A stretch of 64,000 nt of DNA from Chiloscyllium plagiosum (Eukaryota). Under the pieces are notes generated by a model, which saw only the letters and a program-made list of their open reading frames with translations, ran no database searches and was not told where the DNA came from. Positions 12,485 to 26,835 of this stretch are shown here, piece by piece. How positions within the stretch are numbered: position 1 is the first letter of the stretch; every line of letters starts with the position of its first letter. The DNA is taken from NCBI RefSeq assembly GCF_004010195.1, contig NC_057755.1, positions 2,519,246 through 2,583,245 on the forward strand. Reading direction: 5' to 3'. Both the position numbers and the translations under genes were made by a program.

Positions 12485-13699
12485 AGCCAACCTTGGTAAA
12501 AGGAGCTGTCTCCTGCCGTTGAGACCAGACAAGAGTTCGGAAACTCATTGGACGTGGTGAAATAAGCTATGATACAGATGATGCACTGGAATTGATGATG
12601 CCTTGAACTCAGCACCAACCATCCAGCCTTTCACTTTAACATTTCTTCTGCTCTCTCCCATTCGGAACATTCCCTTTGACACTCACCACCCCTTGGGTTC
12701 AGAGACATCCTCTTGCAGATGTGGGAATACTGATCACTTTAAAAAGTACTCATGGAATGGGAGCTTTAGTGGTTTATGCAGTGTCCATTATCTGGCTCTA
12801 ACTGTCTTTGGGATGGCATTGGAAATCTGCCTTATTGAACGCCTACATTTCCTGGAGTGCAGGAAGCCCAATGTGTTTTTGAGGGAGAATTGCAGAATTT
12901 TTCCCTCGTCGCAGTGATAGAACAAGCATGAGGTCCGGCTTGAAAGGGAATGTTCTTGTGATGGCATTTCTGTGCATCTGTTGCCCTTGTTCTTCCAGGG
13001 AGCGGAGGTCTTGTGGTTTGCCAGGTGCTGTGAAAGACGTTTTGAGATTATAGACATCAGAACTTTAATAACTAGGATTGAATGAATCAACGAAGGATAA
13101 ACTGTTTCACAGAGATGGAAACAGCAATAACTCTGCCTGGAATAAACCATTAAAGGACAAGGACAAATAGATTCGGAATTGAAAGTAATAACTCCGTCTG
13201 GGAAAAAAGGGACTGAACAAAACTGATTTGACACCTGCTTCATAAACTGACTGCTTTCTTGCCACAAAGGACAGGGATAGCCCTGCAGAACAACGTAAGG
13301 AGTTAATCACAGGATTACAATCACAGGGAAGCTGTGTCTTCAAACAGACAGTTAATGCCAAATGGAACCAGGAAGCTACTTCTGAAAGAACGCATGTTAC
13401 AGATGATCAGTAATTGGATGAAAGGACCATAAAGAAATCATCAATATATCACCTTGGAGACTGAGGGATGAAAATTTGTATAAGAATCGAACATTAGAGC
13501 TCCCGCCCATAGACTGTCGAAGAACAACACTGCATGAAGATTAAACCTTTCACACTCCCAGAGACAGATTACTGTTGTTTGAATCCTGGACAGATTCCAC
13601 CATTAACTGTATAATCGTCAAGTTGCATTGTGAGACTTAACTTGCTTACTTGGGGGCCTTTATTTCGACATGCAATAAAGTTTAAATCATAATTTCAAT

Positions 13700-14500
13700 A
13701 CTTTGAACATAAGAAGCAGGAGCAGGAGTACGCCATTTGCCCTTTGTGTGTCCGCTCAACCATTCAATAAGATTGTGGCTGATCTTTTCATGGCCTCAGC
13801 TCCTCTTACTCACCCTTTAACGAGAATCCACAACCCCTTTTCTGTTCAATGCACTTTCTACCTTAGCTTTAAACGTATTCAATGAGGTAGTCTGAACGAC
13901 TTCACCAGGCAGGAAATCCCACAGATTCACAATGGTTTCTCTGAAAAGTTTCCAACTGAATTCAGTCCAAACTCTGCTCCCCATAATCCTGAGGCGATGC
14001 TCTCTTATCCTGGTTTCATCTGTCAGTGGAAACATTCTCTCTGTTTCTATCTTTTATATGGTTCTATACGATCCCCCTAATTCTTCTCAATTCCAATAAA
14101 TATCCCAGTCTGCTCAGACTTTCCTCATAAGCCAACCCTCTCAACTCTGGAAACAACCTTGTGAACCTCCTCTGCACTCTCTCCAGTGCCAGTACATCCT
14201 TTCTCCGCATGCAGTACCCTATACAGCTGCAACGTAACCTCCCTGTTTGTAAACTGAATCCCTGTAAAAATGAGGGACAAAGTTTAATTTGCCTTTTTAA
14301 TTACCAGTTTCAACTGCAGACCAACTTCCTGCGATTCATGCGCAAGGACACCCATGCACAGCACCACGCTGCAATGTTTTACCATTCAAATAATAATCCT
14401 TTTTAGTGTTATTCCTACCAAAATATATGACTTCACATTAATTAACACAGTACTCTATCTGCCGGACCTTTGGCCACCCACTTCAAGTACCTACATCCCC
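13700..14500 (-). mobile_element. CR1-type LINE 3' fragment
   Basis: Minus-strand ORF 'REHRLRIMG...VNLWDFLPGEVV...LNTFKA' is the typical CR1 ORF2 C-terminus; tail near aacataagaagcaggagcaggagt. Confidence 0.75.
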
Positions 14501-15300
14501 GTACAAATCTAAGTCCCTGTGAGATTTCTGAATATGTAGCCAAATTAAAAGGAACAAGTGGTGATTTACATAGCACACTATATTATTCATTGCTAGTTGT
14601 ATGCATCATTATTGAAGGGCGTGAGTAATGAATGGCATGCTAATCAATCGGCTGATTATCCTGTTCGTCGTGGAGCTTAGTGAATGTTACCCTCAGTGTT
14701 ATATTTGAGCTTCTCTCAGACAGATAATTGGACAGCATTCCATCCCAGCCCTGAGCTATACTTCCGGGATGGTGGACATGGATTGGAGAGGCAGGCGGGG
14801 AGTTCATTGCCACAGTAATCAGAGTGTCTGACATACTCCTGTGGCCACAGCAATTACAAGGCTGGATCAGGTCATTTTCCTGTCAATGGTTGGCCCCGAT
14901 TGTTGATAGCCATGTATTCAGTGATGGTGATGTCATAGTAAACCAGTGGGAGATCAGTAAATTCTTACTTTTTGAGTTGGCCTTTGCCTGGTGCTTGTGG
15001 GATGTGAATGTTACTTGTCAATCATGAGCTCAGGCTAGATGCTGTCTCACTGTATATGGACACAGATCTCTTCTTTATCTAAGGAAATGTAAATGGTGCT
15101 GAATATTGTCCAATTTGGAGGAAAGGGCGTTGTTAAGGCACATTGACATTTTGAAGCCTCGGTTATGAACCTGACGACCTGCTGCAGAGATGCCTGATGG
15201 CTATGCGGATTGATCTCCAACAGCCATAACCATCTACATTTGTATTCAGGTTGAAACCAAACATAGTTGCAATCTCACTGACGCATTTTTCCTCGGCTCT

Positions 15301-16032
15301 TGTTATGACACGCGGTAAACTCTCCTGCTTAATTTAAAACCAGAAACACAGAAAAGATTTATCCCGTGCATTATTCTGTGAAAGTTCAACAGAATTATTC
15401 AAAGTCAAAATTAATAACTTTATTTCTTAAAGTATGACAGAGAATAATTAATTAACAACTATTTACAACTCTGTCCTCTAACCTATCACTTGTCTTCACC
15501 TTCACAATACAAATCTGATACAAATTCCCAATTAAGATTTACATAACAAAACTACTTCTTATCTCTAAACAAAGCATTTTTCAATTCTTCCAGTTGGATC
15601 TTCCAATGTCTTCTTTTCTTTTTCTTAGGGGTTCTGCTTCATAGGTTACTGATCGATAAAGTTATGTCTAAAAGAGCTATTTATCAGGCAGTCTTTATAC
15701 GTGCTTGTAGCTTGGCAATTCTCTTCCCAACTGTTCAATTCTCCACAGTCTTATGCCCCAACATCATTAGATTGTGTCGTGGCTTTTAAGATTGCCAATA
15801 TACTCAATTCAAACTGGATTAGAGTTTGGCATTTTTTTGGGATATAATTTAAACTGATCGGTATAATTCGAATCTGTTCTTCCATTTCCAGGCAACTAGC
15901 TGCATTAGCTTTTGAACAAGTGTTATATTGTTAACTTATTGAGAACACTTGTTGCTGTCAGGTAGCTCTACCAGCGTTTAAATCTCTTAACGATAGAGTA
16001 CACCCACATCTTCATAATACCTCCCCCACCTT
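15301..16032 (-). mobile_element. LTR with adjacent polypurine tract (3' LTR relic, probably Gypsy-like)
   Basis: Terminal inverted ends TGTTATGA (15301) and TCATAATA (16012-16019). Minus-strand PPT aaggtgggggagg at 16032-16020 directly precedes the LTR; minus-strand AATAAA near 15420. Confidence 0.7.
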
Positions 16033-16229
16033 AAGAAAAACAAAGTGAATGATCATAATTAAAAGACGGTTTTATTTTTTTCTCGACATTTTAAACATAA
16101 TATTCTAACATACAGATAACTTCAATATATACGTGAACAGGCATTTGGTGTCAGTTTTCACAGTAGTAGACACAAACATCCTGCAATAATTGATGACAAG
16201 AATTCAGTTGCCAGTGAGGAACAAAAAAA

Positions 16230-17830
16230 AAACGATCATGCTCACTGAGGAAATAGTGTTGAGCAAGCTATTGAGGCAAAAAGTAGAATGCATCATAAGG
16301 TTCTAAAAGAATTGGCAGAAGAAATAATAGATGCGCTCCTGGTAAATTACCAAAATTCAGTGGACTGTGGTTTTGTCCTGCCAGATTGGAAAAGTGCAAA
16401 TATGACACTGCTGTTTAAGAAAGGAAGTAGACAGAAGACGGGTAGTTATGGGTCCATTAGCTAAACTCCTGTATTGGGGAAAATTCTTGAATTAATAATC
16501 AAGGAAGACATTGCGAGACATTGGGATTGAAATTTTCCAATTGGCAGACATCGCATGGCTTTATAAAAGGTGGGTTATGTTTAAGTAATGTACTGCAATT
16601 GTTTGAGGACATTAGAAGCGCAATGGACATTGGGGAACCAGAGGATGTGATGCACCTTGATTTCTAGAAGGCCTTCAATGAAGTAATCTACAAAAGGGTG
16701 ATGTGTAAGATAAAGGGACATGGCATTACGAGTAATGTATTAATATGGATAGGGGATTGGTTAACTAATAGGAAGCAAGGAGTGGGAATAAATGGGTATT
16801 TTTTGTTGATGATGAGTAGCTAGTGGTGTGCCTCAGGAATTCGCATTGGGACCGCAATTGTTTACAATTTGCACCAATGATTTGGAGTCAGGATTCAAGT
16901 GTAATGGGTCAAAGTTCTCAGATGACAATACAGTTGGAGACCAGAATGTGCGGAGGACACTGAAATTCTTCAGAAGAATATAGATCAGTGAAGTGAGTGA
17001 GCAAGGGTCTGGCATATGGAATACAATTTTGGTAAATTGGAAGTCATCCATTTTGGTACAAATAACAGAAAAATAGACTATAGTTTAAATGTTAAAAAAT
17101 TACAGAATGCTGCTGTGCCGTGTGACCCATGTGAACTTGTGCATTAATCGCACAATTGGTTTGCAAATGCAGCATGGAATTAAGAAAGCAAATGCAATAT
17201 TGTCCTTCATTGCTAAAGGAATGGGGTTTAAAAATAAGGAGGTTATGCTGCAGTTGTGCAGAGTGCTGGTGAGGCCACACCTGCAGTACTGTGTACAGTT
17301 TTGGTCTCCTTATCTGAGAAAGAAAGTAATGGCACTGGAGGGGTTGCAGAGGAGCTCCACTAGGTTGATACCGGAATTGAGAAGTTTGCGTGATGAGGAG
17401 AGACTGATTAGACTGCGACTGTACTCACTGGGATTTAGAAGAACGAGGGGGGAATCTAATAGAAACATATACATTATGAGGGGAATATATCGGATAGAAG
17501 CGGGAATTCGTGTCCACTGTCGGATGAAGCTAGAACTATACAGCATAGCCTCAAAATAAGTGGAAGCACATTTAGAACTGACTGCAGGAGGAACGTCTTT
17601 ACCCGAACGGGTGTGAATCTGTGGAATTCTCTACACAGTGAAGCAGTTGAGGCTATCTTATTCGCTGCTTGTTCAGGCAAAGACTTCAAAGCAGTAAATG
17701 AATTAAGGGTTGTGGTGAGCAGGTGGGTAAGTGGAGCTTTGTCAGTCATGATAGTATTCAATGGTGGAGCAGGCTCATTGGGGCAGATGCCCTACTCCTG
17801 CTCCTATTTATTCTGTTCTTGTGTTCTGTT
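16230..17830 (+). mobile_element. CR1/HER1-type LINE RT and 3' end, degenerate
   Basis: DWKSANMTLLFKKG, LDF*KAF, GVPQEFALGP, KFSDD, VRPHLQYCVQFWSPYLRK, VNLWNSL motifs. Confidence 0.85.
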
Positions 17831-19550
17831 AATGTTCATTCAATGGGCTTCAGATTTTAAAGATCCCATTGATTTTCAAACCAGATCTACGAGTGCAATG
17901 CCGAAGCAGGGAATCAATGTGGACGATTTCTGATGACTAAAAGATACACCCCTTCCGAGCACCATACTTTAGAAAAGATGTCAGAGCAAGTACAGCAAAT
18001 ATTTGTGACAATGTGCTGGAGATGGGGGACTACAGGAAGAGCGGGAAGCTGGAGTGCCCTCCCCCACAACAGAGGGTGTGCGGGGGAGGTTTTATAGAGC
18101 CGTTGAAATGCTGAAGACATGCTGAAATGAATGAGAACAATCTGTTTCAATTGAAAGATAAGGAGAGAACCAACGGATAGAGAGGGAAATGAGAACAGTG
18201 TCTTTTAAGCAGGTGATTGTTTTGATCTGGAATTTACTGTAGAAGGGCTGTGGGAACAGATTCATTAATAACATTCATTTTTGGATTTCAGCAAATACCT
18301 GATTTTGGGCTGTTACAGTGTACAGTGTCATGGATTAAGGAAAGAGGAATGGAATTATTTGGATACATAGGACGAATGGCCTCCTTCTATGCTCCATTAT
18401 TCTGCATCATCATTACAGCCGATATTTAAGTTGAGCTGGGCGACTATTGCACCCTCTCTTCAAACTTCTCTGACTGTCCTTATCCCTCTCTCAGACTACT
18501 CAGTTGTCTGTCCTGTTTAAGAAATATTCTTAACTCTACGTTTTTGAGTAAGTTATTGTTATGTGGCCACATTTTACCTTTGATGGCTAAAGCCAACTCT
18601 GTTTAATTGTCACAATAAATGCTTTGTGTGGTATATTTGGGGATTGTGTTGAATTACATTGCAACACCACGGTGGCATTGCTTTGTGCATAACTGCATTC
18701 CAATCAGTTCATCTTGTTTTTATTCCCGGCTGTTGCAAGTCTGGAACTTTAAATCTATCAACATGAAAACCTTGGGGTAAAATTCAATGTTTTCATTGCT
18801 CGACTTTGTTCGGAAAACACATGCAATGCTTGTTTAACAAAACATTATCCCTCCCTCCACCACCACCTGCAGATCCCCAGTATTCCTCATTTTTAACATT
18901 GGTGATTCAAGATTTCCTTTCGTTTTCCATCATAGTTTGTTCAATGGTGTAAAAATAATTCTTTATCCCTGTTGTAGGAGGACGTCAGGCAACATTTGCC
19001 ACAGGATTGTCTGACAAAGACACCAGGTACACATTCTTCAGAAGGACATTCACGACTCAAGTAAGAGATGTTTCCATCTACTTCACTGTCTAATATGGAA
19101 TTGTCACATAAAATTTATCGTAACATATTATCCGACATAAGATATGATGAGTGAAGGACAAAATGTGAGCGAGTTGCATAGAGTAAACAGGTGATCGATG
19201 GAAAGCCAAGACAAGACCGTGACTGACTGAAACATTGGCAAGCAGGATTAGTATGAGAGTGAGTGTGCAAGGAAAGGACACGGTGCAGGCAAGAAGTGGA
19301 CAATGTCGGAGTGAATGAAAGAAAAGGGTGTATTAATAAACAAGTGAGGAAAAAGTGGCAGTTGAGTGAAACAGACTGAATGATGGCAAAACGAAGGAGC
19401 AAGAAAGGGACAGAGTGTGAGCAGTTCACCGGAAGTGGAATAACATGAGGAAGTAAGCGAGCACACAGACATCAGATGCAAGATAGTGACAGCAATGCAT
19501 TACTTCGGGTCTCACTTTGATGCACACATGTAACATAGAACATGACTAAA

Positions 19551-20464
19551 TTATAGACTAAGTAATGTTTTTTTTAATTGATTTATTTGAATAAAGGGAT
19601 ATTGCAGCACTTTCTTCCAGTGCTCCCTGAACTTCTCCTGTGGGACAGCATAAATTGCGGAGTTTGTGCAGCAGCTCAGGAGCTGGAGCATGAAGCCTAA
19701 TTCCTGTACAAATGGATGCAGATACAAATCATTATATCCCAATCCCCTCATTCGGTACCATATAACGTAAATCATGAACATCGACCATAACAGGATGAAA
19801 TTTAACGAGATGGCAAACAGTAACACTATGGATTTCCTTCGACTCTCCATTTCTGGATCACGGGAACTATTCCCACTGCTAGTGGCTCGGAGTCTCCTGC
19901 GGGCTCTGCTGGTCACCAAAATGTGTCTGACAGTGAGAACATTGAGCAGCAGAATTAGGAGGAATGGGACAGCTGGGGTTAGAATGTGGTGGAGGAACTC
20001 GATTGGTATCCACACCGGAGAGTAGAGAACAATCCATGAAAATGTACAAAACCAGGGCACATTCCCCAGCTGATAGTGACGCTTTAACATAAAATACCAG
20101 AAAATATTTTTTAAACAGCTCAGCGCAGTCACTGTTCCCAGAACCACAGCCGCTGCTTTCTTATTGCAGTATTCACTTTTCAGCTTCTGGCAACAAATGG
20201 CCACAAACCGATCAAAGGTGAAAGTGACGGTGAACCAGACAGAGCAGTCAGTGGCAGCATAAAGCAGGACAGCGTGGATATTACACACGGGAATGTCTCT
20301 CAGCAAATAAAACTGTTCCTGATAAACAATGGGAATGTGTCTCAGTATCAGATCGAGGATAACGACCAGTAGATCCGCCACTGCCATGGCTCCCAGGTAA
20401 CGTCTTACACATGGAGACAGTCCACAATCTTTATAAAGCAGCACGCAGATTGTCACTATGTTAA
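19551..20464 (-). CDS. Exon 2 of an intact GPR139-like class A GPCR (end of TM1 to C-terminus)
   Basis: Acceptor ttttacctcactcacAG then TT AAC ATA; open frame to TAA at 19551. Motifs MAVADLLV (TM2), PVC, TFDRFVAIC (DRF), PWFC, PAVPF (TM5), NFILLW (TM6), SCCTNSAIY (TM7), KFRE (helix 8). The first 21 aa of the tracked ORF are intronic. Confidence 0.93.
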
Positions 20465-21654
20465 CTGTGAGTGAGGTAAAAACAAACAATTGAACTGTGG
20501 GCCAAACATTGTCAGTTTTAATGTGCATTTACAGACAACATAAAGCATGTTTCTGCATTCAGTGATCTATTGAAATACGTGTACTTGAAATAACAAATGA
20601 GATGGTTTGAGGTATTTGAAAACATTAAACTCAAAAGATAGGAAGCACTCACTCGTCCCACAAGTTCAAATGCAGAGGCATAAGTGATTGCGAGACAAAG
20701 AAAATGCATTGCATTACTGGAGCCCAGACCAAGTGCATTCTGGTATGTCGGTATTTGCCATACAAGTTGTGTCCCAGGCAAGTAACCATGCTGTCGGCTT
20801 TCCAATTTCCACACGTTAACAAATCCATTAGGTCGACCTTCCTGAATCTGAAACAGCCATCTCTTTAAAATCTACACGAAACTACAAGAAGTGAGAGGAA
20901 GGAGTTCAAACATGCGTCAGATCCAGTCAATCAGCTCACATTCAATCATCGACACCAGATGCTTGTCCACCAGTGATTGGAAAAACCCTGGGAATTAATT
21001 TACAAAGCAGGGAAGGAGACCATTCCACCATGTGAATTTGTTAAAGAAGCATGGGCAGGCCACATTTTGCATACTTTCCGTATTGCTCTCCCCGGCACAT
21101 ACCTGACAGGGTAACATATTGTCTGAGATATCCCCATCCTACACACACAAAAAGGACAAACTGGAATAATCCAGCCTCTTTTCAGTCATTAATAAAGTGT
21201 TGGAAAGAGACATCGGCGGTGCTGCCAATCTGTATTTAAAGTGCAATATATTGCTGACTGGCCACTCAGTCTGTGACCTCATTCTGCCTCTGAATCAAGC
21301 AAAGACAAGAGATGGAACACCACAGAATAGTTGAAAGTGATTGTCTTTGACTCACAGATGCATGGATCAAAGCGTGGCAACACTGACAACCTGTCAAACT
21401 GTAATGATAGTGAATCAAGGAAAACCTCCATTGGTTTATGTTTGTTTGAGGTTATTCACCACGGCTCTGGTCTTCTCTGCAAGAGTCACTTGGTGCAGAA
21501 TTTCTAATTTAACTTAAACGGCACAGAAATGTGATCATACATGCGTGGGGTTGAGTGACACTTGAATTGGGAGCTTCTAACGACACTACTAATTTGCCAA
21601 ATGAAAACTAAGATGTTCTTCAGCGTAGTGTGTTCAGCCCAACAATATTCAGTT

Positions 21655-23330
21655 AGAGTCATAGAATCATAGCGATTTACAGCATGGAAACAGACCCTTC
21701 GGTCCAACCCATTCACGCTGACCAGATATCCCAACCCAATCTAGTCCCACCTGTCAGCACTGGTCCATATCTCTCTAAACCCTTGCGATTTATATACCCA
21801 CCCAAATGCCTCTTCAATGTTGCAATTGTACCAGTCTCCACCACTTCCTCTGGCAACTCATTCCATACACGTTCCACACTCTGAGTGAAAAAGTTGCCCT
21901 TTAGGCCTCTTTTATATCATTCCCCTCTCAACCTAAACCTATGCCCTCTAGTTCTGGACTCCACGAACCCGGGGAAAAAAAAGTCTATTTACCTTATCCA
22001 TGCCCCTCATAATTTTGTAAGCCTTTATAAGGTCGTCCCTCAGCTTCTGACGATCCGGGGAAACCAGCCCCAGCCTGTTCAGCCACTCCCTATAGCTCAA
22101 ATCCTCCAACCCTGGCAACATCCTTGCAAATCTTTTCTGAAACCTTTCAAATTTCGCAACATCGTTCCAATAAGAAGGAGACGAGACTTGCACGCACTAA
22201 TCCAACAGTGGCCGAAACAATGTCCCGTGCAGCCACAACATGACAACCCAACTCTTGTACTCAATACTCTGATCAATAAAAGAAAGCATAGCAAACGCCT
22301 TCTTCACTATCATATCTACCTGCAACTCCACTTTCAAGGTGCTGTTAAACTGCACTCCAAGGTCTCTTTGTTCAACAACAATCCCTAGGACCTTGCCATA
22401 AAGTGTATAAGTCCTGCTAAGATTTGCTTTTCCAAAATGCAGCTCCTCACATTCATCTGTATTAAACTCCATCTGCCATCTCTCAGCCCACTGGCCCATT
22501 TGAACAAGATCCTGTTGTAATCTGAGGTAAGCTTCTTCGCTGTCCACGACACCTCCAATTTTGGTGTTTTTGCAGACTTGCTGACTGTACTTCTTATGCT
22601 CGCATCCAAATCACTTACGTAAATGACAAAATAGTAGAGGACCCAGCACCAATCCTTGTGGCACTCCACTGGTCACAGGCCTCCAGCCTGAGAAACAACC
22701 CTCCGCCACCACCGTCTGTCTTCTACCTTTGAGCCAGTGCTGTATTCAAATGGCTAGTACTCCCTGTATTTCGTGAGATCGAAGCTTGCTAATAAGTCTA
22801 CTATGGGAACGTTGTTGAACGCCTTACTGAAGTCCATATAGATCACATCTACCGCTCTGCCCTCAATCCTCTTTTTACTTCTTATTAAAACTCAATCAAG
22901 TTTGTGAGACATGCTTTGCCACGCACAAAGCCATGTTGAATATCTATAATCAATCCTTCCCTTTACAAATACATGCACATCGTGTCCCTCAGGATTCCCT
23001 CCAACAACCTGCCTACCATCGAAGTCAGGCACACTGGTCTGTAGTTCCCTGGCTGTTCTTCTTAAACAGTGACACCACGTTAGCCAACCTCCAGTCTTCC
23101 GGCACCTCACCTGTGAATATCGATGATATAAATATCGCAGCCAGAGGCTCAGCAATCATTTCTCTAGCTTCCCACAGAGTCCTAGAGTACACCTGATCAA
23201 GTCCTGGGGATTTATCCACCTTTATGCGTTCAAAGACATCCAGCACTCCCTCCTGTGTAATATGGGCATTTTGTGAGGTGTCGCCACCTATTTCCCTACA
23301 TTTTATATCTTCCATATTCCTTTCCACAGT
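21655..23330 (-). mobile_element. CR1/HER1 LINE, RT plus 3' end (intronic)
   Basis: DKSPGLDQVYSRTL, VPEDWRLANVVSLFKK, WAERWQMEFN, RMLPGLEDLSYRE; tail (tcatagag)n at about 21655. Confidence 0.9.
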
Positions 23331-25857
23331 GAACCTGATTATTCGAAACACGCAAAAAGTCCAAACGATACGTGTTTGCTTTGGAAGGGCTCAGTCTGAA
23401 GTGTATTTAATTATTTCCATTTGGCTGCTCACGGGTCTCTTTCTAAATTGTCATCTTTCTTTTGTTGCAATAACTGATTACTCGTGTTCAAAATAACATC
23501 AGACTTGCAATGTTTCAGGAAATATCAATTATAGAATGCTTCAGAGAATGCCAGGTGCAGATATTTCCGAATGCATGGAACAGAAATGTAAGATTCAATT
23601 TGCAACCATAATAATTCACCCAACCTAGTGATGACAGACCAAATGAAGATGTACATCATAGCCTACTTTAAACGAATATGCAATAGACAGATACATTTAC
23701 TCGGTCATAGAGTCATAGGTGTCTATAGCAATTAGCCACCCAGTGAAACAAAAAAAAGGACCTAACTTTTATTCCCGGTTTCCAGCACTTGATCCATGTA
23801 CTCGAACATCTTGGCATCACAATTGGACGTGTACTTATTGCTTAACTGCTAAGACAGTTTCTGCCTTAACCACCTTCACAAACCATGCTTTCCAGATTCC
23901 CATCATACTCTAATTGAAAATAACATTCACATCACCTTTTAAATTCCTTCTCAGTTACACTGAATGTATACCTCTTTGTCAATGACTCCTCCACCACTGA
24001 TCAAATCATCCAGCCAGTTTGCTTATATCCTCTTGTAATCACTATTTATCACCCCACCACTTTTTTAACATCCTATAATTTATTGATCATCTCTCCTAAA
24101 TCACGTCTAAATCATTCATGTATAGCACACTTAGATAGCTTTAGACTGACTGCAACATTAAAAAGCGGATTTCAGAATAGATTAATGAACATCTTAATTT
24201 GGTCAGCATCACTCCCATCATGACCATGATCATAATTTGTATGTGAAGGTTATGCAAGTAGCTACCCAAAGTGGCCCATCATATCCCATACACTATGTAG
24301 GCTCTGCGATGAGATCAGCTGAGTATTGAAGAAACTCATCAGAGGCATTCAGGTCTATATCTGAAGCTTTGGAAGCAACACTGACATAACCGCTGACAGA
24401 AGTGAAGCTTTTATTCTGATTTTATTCTCATCTGAGCTCATGATGTGCTTAGAAGGAATTCACTCACACAAAAAGGAAGAGAATCAGATGAAACTCATGA
24501 GGAAAACAACTTTATGAACATGAAATCTTGCTAAAACTATCAGTCAATCACAATGACAGATTAACATTAAATGGTGTCAGGAAAACGCTGTTGCGGCGTA
24601 GGGAGATCTCAATGGGAAACCAATCCTCAAAAGCTAGTCTTAACTGGAAGTGGGTTCTCATTTAAATCAGATTAGGTGAAGCAGCAAATGCGTAGAAAGA
24701 CCAGATAATTATGAAACGCTGGCGAACAATTTGGCTTTGATATTGTTAACCTGTGTGGCCTGATGCCCTGTGTGAGTATATATAGACTTATAATCTTAGT
24801 CACACAGCACCTTAGTGTGTGTATATTTAATTGAACAGACTCCCATCAGGATTTGGACTAGGAGCAAAAAGGAGCCAACGTTTTTTTCATCAGCTGAAAT
24901 TTCTGAACTCAAACAAGGCAGAAAATTTCAATAACATTGGAAGTGAGAGCTGGCAGGCGGAAGGAAACAGTATGGCTTTCACTGAAAATGAACATAAACA
25001 AAACTGTGAACATGGCCAACAAATGGGCTGTTACACAATGGAAATCGGGGATAAAGCATAACTTACAAACATTTCTAAATATGGAGAAAAGGCTTGTGAA
25101 CAGCAGAGAAAACACTTCAAAACAGAATAATACAGTGAAGATTCATTAAAACCGTAAGAGTTCGTTCACAAAATTTCATTGAAGACACAACCAGGAGGAT
25201 TATTGTTGAATGTTAAAATGGTGATTTGAAAACGTTTTTCAGAGGAATACAACTCCACATTGGTAACAAAGGAGGTGACAGAACATCACACAGCGTGACA
25301 AAAAAAATCATGAGTTTTTGGTTTTGACCCAAAAGGCAGGAAAATTATTTATGCATGCAATAATCAGCAAGAAATTCACAGTACAATTAAAATGAATTAT
25401 GAAACAATATCAAAAGTTGATGAGGTTCATTGTAGAATAAAATGTTCTGTAATCAAAATGATAATTGTAAACAGCTTTGTTGCATCTTTAAATATATAAT
25501 AAAGACAAGGCATATTTGTGAAAGAAAAGAGACTGTGTGTCTTAAAGGTATATACAAGGTTAGTCTTTTTCAAAAATCAGAATATTATCTGCATAAAAAA
25601 CAATTTATGCAATTGTGTTCTAATACATCAAGTCATTTAATTCAGGTTTGAAGTATAGAATCATTTAAATAGATTTATTTTCTCACTGCATCTGTTGAAC
25701 ATAAATAACAAACTAATTTGACTCACTCACGATATGAAGAAACAGCTGGAAACTGCAAAGATAATAGCTCCTGATTACATTCCAAGAGTAATACTGAAGG
25801 TTTCATCTCCAGAACGAGCCGCACTCATTGACAAGGTATTTTAGTACAGTCCAGGAG

Positions 25858-26835
25858 AAAGTGAGGACTGCAGATGCTGGAGTTCAGAGTCTATGGGTGT
25901 GGTGCTGGAAAAGCACAGCAGGTCAGGCAACATCTGAGGATTAGGAGACTCGATGTTTTGAGTATTAGCTATGCATCAGGAATGTGAGTGGGTAGCCCAA
26001 GGGATCCGAGAAACAAATGAAGGGAGTGTGGGTGGGAGGAATGTAGCTGGAAATCCGGTAAATGAATAAAGGTGGGGGTGAATGTGATAGGTTTGAGAGG
26101 ACGGTGCAGCGGATAAGTGGGAAAGAAGATGGACAGGTAAGCTCGTTCAAGAGGGTGGTGTCGAGTTGGAAGGTTGGATCCGGGAGGAGGGGAAATGAGG
26201 AAACTGGTGAAACCCACCTTGATCCCATGTGGTTGGTGAGTTCCAAGGCCGAAGATGAGGTGTTCTACCTCCAGGGGACGGGTGGCTAGAGGTTGATAGT
26301 GGAGGAGGTCCAGGACTTGCATTTCCTTTGTGGAGTGGGAGGGGGAGTTAAATTACGTGGCCACAGGGCGGTGAGGTTTTTCAGTGCATGTGCCCCAGAG
26401 ATGTTCTCTGAAACTTTCCACAGTGTCCTATCTCCCCGATGTAGAGAGGACCACACTGAGAGCAACACTGCATCTTTCACCTGGGGATCCTCCAACCACA
26501 TGGGATCAATGTAGATTTCACCAGGGTCTTCATTTCCCTTTCCCCCACCAGATCCCAGACCAATCTTCCAACTTGGAACCACCTTCTTGATTTGTCTGAG
26601 TTGTCCATCTTCCTTCTCACAGATATGCTATAAAGTCCTCTACGACCAATCACCTTCACCCCCACCTTCGTCCAACTGTCGCATTACCAGCTACTTTTGC
26701 TCCAGTACCACCATCTCCAATTTACCTTTCAGCCCCCTTGGGCCACCTTCTCAATCTTGAAGAAGAACTTATGATCGAAACATCGACCATCCTGCTCCTT
26801 GATGCTGCCTGACCTCCTAGGTTTTTCCAGCACTT
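25858..26835. mobile_element. Penelope-like element relic with inverted terminal arms
   Basis: Left arm gtgaggactgcagatgctgg...gctggaaaagcacagcaggtcaggcaacatc; right end gatgctgcctgacctcctaggtttttccagcac is its reverse complement. Minus ORF 'ATRPLEVEHLIFGLGTHQPHGIKVGF' resembles the Penelope GIY-YIG C-terminus. Confidence 0.75.

Noticed and set aside
12788..13267. 159-aa minus-strand ORF
   Set aside because: Non-ATG start, no recognisable domain, overlaps decayed repeat sequence.
20465..20528. N-terminal MHIKTDNVWPTVQLFVFTSLT of the 325-aa ORF as a single-exon gene start
   Set aside because: It is the intron 3' end (pyrimidine tract plus CAG); paralogs splice at the same position.
24380..25300. 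Possible piggyBac-like transposase relic (KRW...FDIVNLCGL)
   Set aside because: Only one frameshifted motif, no terminal repeats identified; needs a profile search.
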